Assembly (NCBI GenBank): GCA_047651235.1
Contig: CP178758.1
Location: 2,550,001 to 2,582,000, forward strand
Direction: 5' to 3'
From: Candidatus Electrothrix yaqonensis
GTDB lineage: Bacteria > Desulfobacterota > Desulfobulbia > Desulfobulbales > Desulfobulbaceae
Length of the DNA: 32,000 bases
Shown piece by piece: positions 9,748-17,760 of this stretch; position 1 is the first letter of the stretch, and each line of letters begins with the position of its first letter. The notes under the pieces are model-generated. The model saw only the letters and a program-made list of their open reading frames with translations, was not told where the DNA came from and ran no database searches. A program made the position numbers and the translations under genes.

Positions 9748-10758
9748 ATGGAACTGATCTCCAACGGGAACGAAGTCGTTGAACGGGTTATTACAGGTAC
9801 CAACGCCATTACCTATCCGGTTATGCATGTCTGGGACTGGCGGGTAGCCATTTATCTCTTTCTTGGCGGTCTTGCAGGCGGTCTGATGACCATGAGTGCG
9901 ATCAACTATCTCCGGCCGGGCAGAAAAGGCCCGCTGCAGAGCATCTGCTGCTGGCAGATACCGGTCATGGCCCCGATCCTCCTGACCATCGGGCTGCTTT
10001 TCCTCACACTGGATCTTGAGCGGAAAATGCACGGCTATCTGTTCTACACCGCCTTTAAGCCGCTTTCCCCGATGAGCTGGGGTGCGTGGATCGTCCTTAT
10101 TATTTATCCGCTGATGATCCTCTATGCCCTTGCTGCTCTGCCGGATGAGGTAAAAAACGGGATAAAAAATGGTTTTATCAGAGGGGTGGCTGATGTCATG
10201 CAGCCGCATTTGCGCAAACTGGCCAAAGTAAATGTCATTTTCGGTATACTGCTTGCTATCTATACCGGTATCCTGTTGAGTACCTTTGTGGCGCGGCCTC
10301 TGTGGAACTCGGCGATTCTGCCGTTGCTTTTCCTGACCAGCGGTATGAGCACCGGAGCTGCGGTAATGATTATCGTCGCCAAGAATAAAGAGGTTAAACT
10401 CTTCTTCACCAAGCTGGATATCTGGCTGATTATGGCAGAATTGCTGGTGCTCGCGCTTCTGTTCTACGGGCATTATACAGCCGATGCAGCCCATCGGGCA
10501 GCCATCATGCCGTTCTTTGACACTTCGCATGGGCATTTCCCTTATTTCCTGAGTATTGTTATTATCGGAATTGTTCTTCCGCTGGCAATCGTGCTCAAGT
10601 TTCTTGAGGTGACCGGGAAGCATACAGAGGAGTTGACCATGTCCGGTCTCTTCCTGATGAATACCAGTGCCGTGCTTGTTCTGATCGGTGGACTGATTGT
10701 CCGTTTTGCCTTGGTCTATGCAGGCCAGCTTTCCGGCTACGGGTATGCGATGATGTAG
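9748..10758 (+). CDS. NrfD/PsrC-type integral membrane quinol-interacting subunit
   Basis: 336 aa with about 8 hydrophobic helices, in the third position of an A-B-C operon. The RBS AAGGAGG lies just upstream. Confidence 0.85.
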   Translation: MELISNGNEVVERVITGTNAITYPVMHVWDWRVAIYLFLGGLAGGLMTMSAINYLRPGRKGPLQSICCWQIPVMAPILLTIGLLFLTLDLERKMHGYLFYTAFKPLSPMSWGAWIVLIIYPLMILYALAALPDEVKNGIKNGFIRGVADVMQPHLRKLAKVNVIFGILLAIYTGILLSTFVARPLWNSAILPLLFLTSGMSTGAAVMIIVAKNKEVKLFFTKLDIWLIMAELLVLALLFYGHYTADAAHRAAIMPFFDTSHGHFPYFLSIVIIGIVLPLAIVLKFLEVTGKHTEELTMSGLFLMNTSAVLVLIGGLIVRFALVYAGQLSGYGYAMM

Positions 10759-10823
10759 CCGTTCTGCACACTTTTCCGGACAGGAGGCGGCTTTTCTGCC
10801 CCTGCCCGGATCATATTCTGAAG

Positions 10824-10865
10824 AGCCGCCAAGTATGTGCGATATTGCATACGGCGGCTTTTTTT
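10824..10865 (+). terminator. Rho-independent terminator of the psr-like operon
   Basis: AGCCGCC (10824-10830) pairs with GGCGGCT (10853-10859) and is followed by T7 (10859-10865). It lies 66 nt after the psrC-like stop. Confidence 0.65.
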
Positions 10866-11006
10866 GTGCCGTATGCAGCAAAAAGCGTTTGATAGATCAG
10901 AAGGATAGCGGTATGCTGGTCGGAAGCTCCTTTTTTTGACACTCTTTGACATTCCTGCCCCAAGGGAGGAGATGTTTCCTTTTTTTTTATCCGACTGATG
11001 TGACAG

Positions 11007-12299
11007 ATGGAATCTGCGGACCAACGAAGCAATGATCATACGGAGAGCCGAACCGGACAAGCCTTTCTGGAAAGAATTCCGGAACCGGTCTACCAGGAGC
11101 TGCTGGAAACCTTTGCCGCAGCATACGGTTTTATTAATGGGAAGCAGCTCCGCATGGCAGAGTATTTTGTCGGACTTCACCGTTCTCTTGCCGATGACCT
11201 TCTTTCGTTTATTGAGAAGGTCACCCAGGAGATACGGCTGAACAGGCTGCCTCTGCCTGCTGCCCCGGAAGGCTTTGCCCCGGCTGCGGAAAATCTTCTC
11301 CCCTTTGAACGGAAAAACTGTTTCTCTTTTGCCTACTTTGATGCCGCTCTGACAGAGCAGGGAATCAGGATAATAGAGTTTCAGGCATTTCCGACACACT
11401 CCGCCGTCTCCGTCGCAATGAACAATTTTTTGTATGAAAAGCTCGCGCTGCCCGATTCGCCGCTGTTCCCCAACGCGCCCAATGCACAGCCGGAAGATTT
11501 TCATCGCCTGATGCGGCAGATTATCTGCGGAGATGCGGAAAACGGCATTGTTATTACGGATCGGAATCTTGCCGGGCAGAAGACAAACTTTTCTTTCTAT
11601 GTCGTACAGGAGGCATTGGGAGGAAAAGCAGATGTCGTTGATGCAAAAGAAATTTTCGAGCGGAACGGCAGGCTTTTCTATACGCACCCGGACCGGGGAA
11701 TGCAGCAGGTGCAGCGGCTGTACAATCGGATTGTTCCTACGGAAGCTATGGTTGAAGACAATTATCCGGCTGATCCGGAAGCCCTGCCTTTCCGTTTTGA
11801 CAGCCGGTACCGGGACTTGACCTTTGTCAACCATCCCTGCAAATATCTTGAGATTTCCAAGGGGCTGCTGCCGTACATTACCGATCCGCTCAATCCTCCC
11901 TGCTATGAGCTGGAAGAGACCGCAGACCATTTTTTTTCCGGCGCATGGACCTGTTCGGACTTTGTCTGGAAGGATAAATGGGGCTATGCCGGACATACCA
12001 ACGTGCTGCTCCCCGATCTGCAGCTGCTCGAACAGCTTTCCAAGGACAATATGCTCAGCAGATATATTGCCCAGCAGAAAATTCCTTTTGAAGTGTTCCG
12101 CACCGGAGACGGACTGGAAAAAATTGTCGAGCTGCGCTTTATGGTAGTGCAGTCCGAGGATACTCAACTGATAACGCCGATGGCGCGGATCGGGCATGTC
12201 CACAGGACACCGGGCTGCGGGCCGGTCTATAAAGTGCATTTTGGTGACAACAATATGCCCGGATACGGATTTTGTTCTGTTTTAGGAATGAAAATTTAA
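11007..12299 (+). CDS. Hypothetical protein with distant ATP-grasp-like features (glutathionylspermidine-synthase / circularly permuted type)
   Basis: 430-aa ORF with ordinary composition. FAYFDAALTEQGIRIIEFQAFPT resembles the xRFDFxxxxGxxKxxExNADTP block of the YgiC/GSP-synthase preATP-grasp. A later segment (WKDKWGYAGH...YIAQQKIPF...ELRFMVV) resembles the nucleotide-binding half. The family assignment is from recall only. Confidence 0.55.
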   Translation: MESADQRSNDHTESRTGQAFLERIPEPVYQELLETFAAAYGFINGKQLRMAEYFVGLHRSLADDLLSFIEKVTQEIRLNRLPLPAAPEGFAPAAENLLPFERKNCFSFAYFDAALTEQGIRIIEFQAFPTHSAVSVAMNNFLYEKLALPDSPLFPNAPNAQPEDFHRLMRQIICGDAENGIVITDRNLAGQKTNFSFYVVQEALGGKADVVDAKEIFERNGRLFYTHPDRGMQQVQRLYNRIVPTEAMVEDNYPADPEALPFRFDSRYRDLTFVNHPCKYLEISKGLLPYITDPLNPPCYELEETADHFFSGAWTCSDFVWKDKWGYAGHTNVLLPDLQLLEQLSKDNMLSRYIAQQKIPFEVFRTGDGLEKIVELRFMVVQSEDTQLITPMARIGHVHRTPGCGPVYKVHFGDNNMPGYGFCSVLGMKI

Positions 12300-12362
12300 T
12301 AACAACGGAACTTGCTGACAGGTCATTGACAATTTCATAGTTGCGTTTATTCTCATCCGGTT

Positions 12363-12735
12363 ATGAAGATAAAAACATATTCTCCTGAGATAGAAACGCG
12401 AATGCGTAATTTTTACGGCAGCCTGTCTGAAAAAGACCGCCGTCGGCCTTGATGACGCATTTTTCGCAGTGCTGAAAAATCACACGGCGGGTTCGCCTAT
12501 GGACGCTGTATGATATATACAGTAATATCGGCTATATCACATTAGGACAAGCGGTGACACCTCCGAGTTCGGGTGCGCCTGTATTCGGAACTGGTGGACG
12601 ACACATGGAAAATCTGAATTCCTCTTCGAGACAGGCCGCAAAACGGCTGACGGTTTTAAAGAAAATATGAAAATTCAATTCGACGAGTTTCTGCCGAAGT
12701 GGAATTATGCCGCTGTTCCGTCAGGACGGCTTTGA
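12363..12735 (+). pseudogene. ISAzo13-family (DDE_Tnp_ISAZ013) transposase remnant, collapsed by internal deletions
   Basis: Three broken pieces remain. Piece 1 is 12363-12452 (MKIKTYSPEIETRMRNFYGSLSEKDRRRP*). Piece 2 is 12448-12513 (LDDAFFAVLKNHTAGSPMDAV*). Piece 3 is 12526-12735 (..YHIRTSGDTSEFGCACIRNWW..., jumping to ...ENMKIQFDEFLPKWNYAAVPS). These match the family blocks LNE..RR, TRGDP, G.V.VG..HDT..FA...IR.WW and F.GEWNY...P. Confidence 0.6.
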
Positions 12736-12845
12736 ATCCCGTAGTTATTTAATTCCCGTTCCTTACCGGCCGGGGAGATCACCATGACCTTCGGCATCAC
12801 TGGGCCGCATTACGCGGTAGGTGCAGCCGGGACGATAAACAGCAG

Positions 12846-13061
12846 GATATATACCAAATCTTCGGCTATCCCCTGACTCCGCTTCTGTTTATTACCGGGA
12901 ACTGCTGGATTATCTTCTTTTCCGTGACAAACCGTCCGATGGCAGTGCTGTTCGCGCTCGGCACCATCGCTGCGGGCATGGCGGTCTATCATTTTTTCTC
13001 ACCTGAGGAAAAGGAAAGGGAAAAAAAGACCGGCAGCCGGCAGGCAGAGATCTTACGGTAA
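12846..13061 (+). pseudogene. Orphan 3' fragment of an APC-type amino-acid permease
   Basis: The frame reads DIYQIFGYPLTPLLFITGNCWIIFFSVTNRPMAVLFALGTIAAGMAVYHFFSPEEKEREKK...*. This matches the usual last transmembrane helices and tail of APC permeases (..GYP..P..F...). No permease-like sequence lies upstream. Confidence 0.4.
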
Positions 13062-14186
13062 AGGTATTCTCGCCAGCCAGGTGTGTGCTTGTCGAACCTC
13101 GGTACCGTCCGGGTACGTTGTTTCCTGATCAAGTTCCTTAACGATCTGTACTTTCGGGATGCTACCGAGATGCCGATCAAACAGGAGGAAATTTTTGCTG
13201 CGCTGACTATCCGCCCATTTCACCTCAAGCATCAAGCAGGGCGATGTCTCTCTGGTCACAAGAAAATCAATTTCGTTGCCGTCCTTGGTCTGCAAATAAT
13301 GCAGACCTAACTCCTCGCCCAGACAGTCTTCACGAAAATGAATCTCTTTCAGCAGAGCACAGGCTGTTGCATTTTCCAGGCGTATTCCTCTATCTCCGAG
13401 AACCTGCCCAGTGTCGTAAAAATAAAATTTCGGTGTTTTGAGTAATGATCTGGCAACATTGCGATGATAGGGAGTTACTCGGAAAATGATATACATATTT
13501 TCCAGCAGAGTCAGCCACCTCTTCACGGTCTTGTCGCTCACCTGTAAATCCTGTGCCAGCGAGCTGAAGGAAACCGGGCTGCCGACTCGTTTTCTCAGCA
13601 GCTGAATCAGGGTCTCAACCGCTGTGATCTGCTGGACGTTTTCCAGCTCTATGAGGTCCTGCCTGATGATAATGTCCAGGTGAGAGCGTTTCCAACGTTT
13701 GTAAAACCTTTCTTCTCCCTCCAGGTACGGTTCTGGGAAACCACCGATTTCAAGCAGTTGGTCTAAAGCGGATTCAGGGGGGATCTCCGGGCGCAAGGAG
13801 CTGAGTTCTTTGAGATCAAAGGGATGAAGTCTGAACTGAAAAAAACGTCCTGCCAAGGAGTCACCCACTTTTTTATAGGTATCCAACTTGGCACTGCCGG
13901 TGACCACGAGCGCAGGCGGGATGCCTTCAGTATCGTACACTCCTTTCAGCCATGATTTCCAGTTGTTCAGTTTATGCAGCTCATCAAAAATGACAGCTTG
14001 TTTTTTTCTGTCCCAGATGCGTTCCAGCAGTCTGAGCCGGTGTTCGGGACTATCAAAGTTGAGATAGTCAAAATCCTGAACCAGCATTTTGGAAAGGGTG
14101 GTTTTGCCGGATTGTCTCGGGCCGGTAATAAGAATAATCTTGCGGGCAAGATCCTCTTTGACGGCTTGGGTAAGATATCGGTCCAT
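13053..14186 (-). CDS. AAA+ ATPase with C-terminal DUF4143-type domain
   Basis: ORF 13053..14339 trimmed to the ATG at 14186 (MDRYLTQ...). Walker A ITGPRQSGKTTL and Walker B VIFDELH are present. The C-terminal half (GGFPE..., LHYLQTKDGNEIDFL) is typical of AAA_14/DUF4143 proteins. Confidence 0.85.
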   Translation of the reverse strand: MDRYLTQAVKEDLARKIILITGPRQSGKTTLSKMLVQDFDYLNFDSPEHRLRLLERIWDRKKQAVIFDELHKLNNWKSWLKGVYDTEGIPPALVVTGSAKLDTYKKVGDSLAGRFFQFRLHPFDLKELSSLRPEIPPESALDQLLEIGGFPEPYLEGEERFYKRWKRSHLDIIIRQDLIELENVQQITAVETLIQLLRKRVGSPVSFSSLAQDLQVSDKTVKRWLTLLENMYIIFRVTPYHRNVARSLLKTPKFYFYDTGQVLGDRGIRLENATACALLKEIHFREDCLGEELGLHYLQTKDGNEIDFLVTRETSPCLMLEVKWADSQRSKNFLLFDRHLGSIPKVQIVKELDQETTYPDGTEVRQAHTWLARIPLP

Positions 14187-14514
14187 TCCGACTATTATAG
14201 AGCCAATGCCGAAAAAGTCAAGACTGTCCCGGAATGAGGTCCGAAAAAGTCGGACAGGGAGCTTTCGTCGCATATATTGTCTACTCAGCCTATTTTGCCC
14301 GGCGTTTCCCCAAGACCCTGCTCCTGGCCGTCGCAGCAAGCCTTATCGCCCTAGGGCTTCCTCGGCTTCGGGACAGGTATCATTGGTAGTCCTGCAACAA
14401 TTTGATTTCCACGGGGCAGGGTATAAACCTTCGCCTTCAGGCGGAAATGTCTTTAGCCGATTCTTCCTCCCGGTGTACAATAAGTTCTCAGGAATAACAA
14501 CCGGGAGAAAGCTG

Positions 14515-14951
14515 ATGGACAAAGAGAGATACAGACGTGGTTCTCATACTGTTACAGATTTCAAATATCATTTTGTGTAGAAGACGAAATACGGTCATCA
14601 TGTGCTGAAAGATGATATCGCTCTGCGTCTTCGTGAAATAATAATGGAGATGTGCGCTCAGAACAAAATGAATATAATCAGCGGTAATATAAGATCTAAT
14701 CATATACATATCCTGGTATTGGCACCGTCTTGTCTCTCTCCGGCAAAAATGGCGCAGTATCTGAAAGGAAAAAGTTCCTACCGGTTGCAGAGAGAATTTC
14801 CCCGCCTGCGCAAAACATACTGGGGTCGCGCGGATATTTCGGAGCAACAGTGGGTGCGGTGACCGAAGAGCATATAAAACGGTATATTGAAAACCAGGAT
14901 GACTCCCCTGAATCTTTTAAGATTTGGGATGAATCCGATCCGGTGCCCTGA
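14515..14951 (+). pseudogene. tnpA: IS200/IS605-family Y1 transposase (tnpA), inactivated
   Basis: MDKERYRRGSHTVTDFKYHFV-TAG-KTKYGHHVL...SNHIHILV...YLKGKSSYRLQREFPRLRKTYWG, then in another frame SRGYFGATVGAVTEEHIKRYIENQ. An in-frame TAG (14578-14580) sits at the conserved Trp of the HxVW motif. A frame-breaking indel lies near 14824-14827. Confidence 0.8.
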
Positions 14952-15385
14952 TTACCGCCCGGCTCGCGCTGGAGCAGAACCGGGAAGTCTTTGCCGTGCC
15001 GGGCAGCATTGAATCGCCGAAGAGTGAAGGGCCTCACAGCCTGCTGCGTCAGGGCGCCACCCTTGTCCGTTCGGTTGACGATATTCTTCAGGAACTGCCT
15101 CCTGTTGCCCCTGCTTCTTCTGCCGGACAATCTGCCGCAGACAGCAGATCCGGAACCTCAACTGCGGTGCAGCAGGAACTTCCCGCAATCCCGGAAGACC
15201 TTTCGGAACCGGAAAAGGCCCTGCTGGCCTCCCTTGATACGGCACCGGTGGATATCGAACAGCTGACTGAACAGACAGAGCTGCCGCTCAGTATCCTGCA
15301 CGGTCTGCTGCTCGGACTTGAGCTGAAGGGCCTGATCTGTCAGCTACCAGGGCAGCAGTATATACGGGCGACTGTCCGCAGATAA
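14933..15385 (+). pseudogene. dprA: dprA (DNA-processing protein A), 3' fragment only
   Basis: The frame opens at 14933: IRSGALITARLALEQNREVFAVPGSIESPKSEGPHSLLRQGATLV...DILQEL. This is the end of the DprA Rossmann domain, followed by a C-terminal winged-helix-like part (..EQLTEQTELPLSILHGLLLGLELKGLI..). The first ~220 codons expected for DprA are absent. Confidence 0.75.
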
Positions 15386-15656
15386 GCCTCCTTCTTCTTT
15401 ACGTTCTCGCTACGTTTCGGTGGAGTCTGAAATCCCCCTCTCTGTGCTCCGTCAATGCGCGGTCTGATTTTGAGCTGTGATACCATCTGGAATACCAGTG
15501 TTGTTATTGAATGCTGAAAGAATTCCCTTGCTTTTTCTGTGCCGTATCCAGTAAGCTCTCTTTAAAAGAGCTTTTCGCACCGAGCGGAAGCCCCCTGACA
15601 ATCAGTTTGAGCAAGAACAAAATCAGTTCATCAGCTCGAAAAAAAGGAGATTATTC

Positions 15657-16151
15657 ATGCAGACACATAAAGCTAAGGCGTTCTCAGTAGTTATTGCCGT
15701 GTTTTTTATTTTTTCTGCAGGTAGTGCTTTCTTCGCGAAAGCTCCTCTCGCCTTTGCCAAGGAAATAAAATCAACAGAAGGAGACAAAATATCTCTTTAT
15801 GACCAGCTTGGCGGCGAAAAAGCCATAGATGCTGCCGTTGACAAATTTTACGAGAAAGTGCTGGCTGATGATCGGGTCAACGGTTTTTTTAAAGGTGTTA
15901 ATATGGATCGCCAGCGGGCTATGCAGAAAGCATTCCTTACATTTGCTTTTGGCGGTCCCAATGCCTATGAAGGCCGGGATTTGAGGGCTGCGCATACTCA
16001 TTTAGTAGCAAAAGGGCTGAACGACACACATTTTGATGTCATTGTTGAGCATTTGGGCGCAACTCTGAAAGAGCTGGGCGTGAAAGAGGAGCTGATCAGT
16101 CACGCAGCAGATGTAGCCAACAGTGTCCGTAATGAAGTACTGAATAAGTAG
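15657..16151 (+). CDS. glbN: Group I truncated haemoglobin (trHbN-like) with N-terminal signal peptide or anchor
   Basis: AGGAG (15645-15649) lies 7 nt before the ATG. The first ~35 aa are MQTHKAKAFSVVIAVFFIFSAGSAFFAKAPLAFA|KE, with a basic n-region, a hydrophobic core and an AxA site. Then LYDQLGGEKAIDAAVDKFYEKVLADDRVNGFF...QKAFLTFAFGGPNAYEGRDLRAAHTHL fits the 2-on-2 globin pattern. Confidence 0.85.
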   Translation: MQTHKAKAFSVVIAVFFIFSAGSAFFAKAPLAFAKEIKSTEGDKISLYDQLGGEKAIDAAVDKFYEKVLADDRVNGFFKGVNMDRQRAMQKAFLTFAFGGPNAYEGRDLRAAHTHLVAKGLNDTHFDVIVEHLGATLKELGVKEELISHAADVANSVRNEVLNK

Positions 16152-16184
16152 TGCAATTTTTGCGATAATTTGGTTTCTATGTCC

Positions 16185-16219
16185 ACCGGGTGCGTGCTTT
16201 GCGCGTGACCCGGTTTTTT
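16185..16219 (+). terminator. Rho-independent terminator after the globin gene
   Basis: ACCGGGT (16185-16191) pairs with ACCCGGT (16208-16214). Further inner pairs are possible. T6 follows (16214-16219). It lies 34 nt after the stop. Confidence 0.7.
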
Positions 16220-16434
16220 ATATTTTTCACGTAACCGTCTTCCAAGCCCTGCCACACCCGCCTTCCTTGACGCCTCCCCCGATCACCCTGTACAAACGAC
16301 AATACTATGGATACAAAATAAGTTCAGAACAAGGAGAATTGCTTGTCTATCAGAGCGAAGATAAATTATAGTTCTCTTATTACCTCTACAGGAGGTACCT
16401 CTCAACCAACTGTTATACCGCGAGCAATGAAGAA

Positions 16435-17760
16435 ATGATGAATTATCAGGCAGCATGGGACTTCCTTGATCAGCTCCAGTTTTTCAAAATCAAACTGGGC
16501 CTGGATTCCATGAACCGGTTTCTGGAGCGGTTGGGTAATCCGCACCGCGACCTGCCCTGTATCCATATCGGCGGCACCAACGGCAAAGGATCCGTCGGGG
16601 CAACGCTCTGTTCCATCCTCACCGCAGCCGGATATACCACCGGATTTTATACCTCCCCGCATCTCACTTCGGTACGGGAACGGTTCAGGATCGGGGACAG
16701 GTACATCAGCAAAGCCGATTTCGCCCGGCTGATCAGTCAGATTCATGCGGTGCTTGACGGCGGCCAGATCACCTATTTTGAATGCACCACGGTACTGGCC
16801 ATGCTCTGGTTTGCCGAGCAGAAGGTTGATCTCGCCATTCTGGAGGTCGGCATGGGCGGCAGACTGGACGCCACCAATGTCATCACGCCCCTGCTCTCCA
16901 TCATCACTAATGTGAGCATGGATCACGAGCAGTACCTCGGCAGCACCTTGGCCGAGGTGGCCGGGGAAAAAGCAGGAATCATCAAAAACGGCATTCCGGT
17001 GGTCTCCGGTGCAGCAGACGATGATTCCACCAGGATTATCCGAATGACCTGTGATGCCCGGCAGGCCCCGCTCTTTCTTTTTGACCGGGAATTTTCCGGC
17101 AGCCCGGCAGGGGAGGAGCAGACGCTCTGGCAGTATCTGGGTTTGGACGGCCAAGTCCTGCACGATCTGCCCATGCCGCTGCGGGGAAATTATCAGGTGA
17201 ACAACGGCTCGCTTGCCCTTGCCGCAGTTGAGCTGCTCCGCCAGCAGGGCAGGACAATCACGGAAGAGCAGATCCGTACCGGTCTTGCCCGGACCCGCTG
17301 GCCCGGCCGGCTGGAGCTCTTCCGCCTCAACGGTGAAGGTGTATTGGTTGACAAAGAAAACGAAGGCCAGAATTTTCTCCTGGACGGCGCCCATAATCCA
17401 GCTGGTGTGCAGGCCCTGAAACAGGAACTGCGAAATTTTCTCCGCAACCGCCTGATTCTGATCTGGGGAGCTATGAGCGATAAGGATCTGCGGGCCACTC
17501 TGGAGGAAATTGCCCCGCTGGCTGATATGCTTATTTTCACCCGGGCAGAATCGGAGCGTTCTGCCGGGACAAGCCTGCTCAAAGAAAGCCTGTCGGAAGA
17601 TATGCATCAGAAGGTGATCTGCAAGGAGACGGTGCAGGCCGCCCTGACCCAGGCCCGTGTGCTGGCCACCGGGGATGACCTGATCTGCGTGGCCGGATCC
17701 CTGTACCTTGTGGGCATGGTCCGTAAACAGCTTCTGGGGGAGCTGGTAAGTGATGAATGA
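16435..17760 (+). CDS. folC: Bifunctional folylpolyglutamate synthase / dihydrofolate synthase
   Basis: 441 aa. HIGGTNGKGSV P-loop, SPHL, and DATNV and Mur-ligase-like blocks are present, and the length is typical for FolC. Confidence 0.9.
   Translation: MMNYQAAWDFLDQLQFFKIKLGLDSMNRFLERLGNPHRDLPCIHIGGTNGKGSVGATLCSILTAAGYTTGFYTSPHLTSVRERFRIGDRYISKADFARLISQIHAVLDGGQITYFECTTVLAMLWFAEQKVDLAILEVGMGGRLDATNVITPLLSIITNVSMDHEQYLGSTLAEVAGEKAGIIKNGIPVVSGAADDDSTRIIRMTCDARQAPLFLFDREFSGSPAGEEQTLWQYLGLDGQVLHDLPMPLRGNYQVNNGSLALAAVELLRQQGRTITEEQIRTGLARTRWPGRLELFRLNGEGVLVDKENEGQNFLLDGAHNPAGVQALKQELRNFLRNRLILIWGAMSDKDLRATLEEIAPLADMLIFTRAESERSAGTSLLKESLSEDMHQKVICKETVQAALTQARVLATGDDLICVAGSLYLVGMVRKQLLGELVSDE

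Noticed and set aside
9595-10881. Long antisense ORFs opposite clearly real genes (9595..10881 vs psrC, 8397..9248 vs psrA, 16402..17880 vs folC, 21319..22032 vs sulP, 28950..30023 vs carA, 1237..1851 vs the LEA gene)
   Set aside because: In each case the opposite strand encodes an unmistakable conserved protein. Stop-poor antisense frames are an expected by-product of the codon bias seen here.
10737-12239. 500-codon minus-strand ORF covering the whole ATP-grasp-like gene and running across the psr terminator
   Set aside because: The translation is Arg/Lys/Gly/Leu-rich with no recognisable motifs. It crosses a strong terminator and the end of psrC. It behaves like the other antisense shadow ORFs in this window. 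The plus-strand ORF has normal composition and a family-like motif.
14234-14389. 51-codon ORF MRSEKVGQGAFVAYIVYSAYFARRFPKTLLLAVAASLIALGLPRLRDRYHW between the ATPase and the IS200 remnant
   Set aside because: It could be a fragment of a membrane protein, but it is short, has no RBS and belongs to no recognisable family. I left it unannotated.
14578-14580. In-frame TAG in tnpA as a pyrrolysine codon
   Set aside because: The position corresponds to a conserved Trp (TGG), so a single G-to-A change explains it. The same gene also carries a frameshift and a truncated end, and no pyl genes are visible.
15553-15576. Hairpin AAGCTCT-N7-AGAGCTT followed by TTTT, between the dprA fragment and glbN
   Set aside because: It has only 7 AT-rich base pairs and a 4-T tail, and it lies 170 nt from the nearest upstream stop. 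That is too weak to call a terminator.
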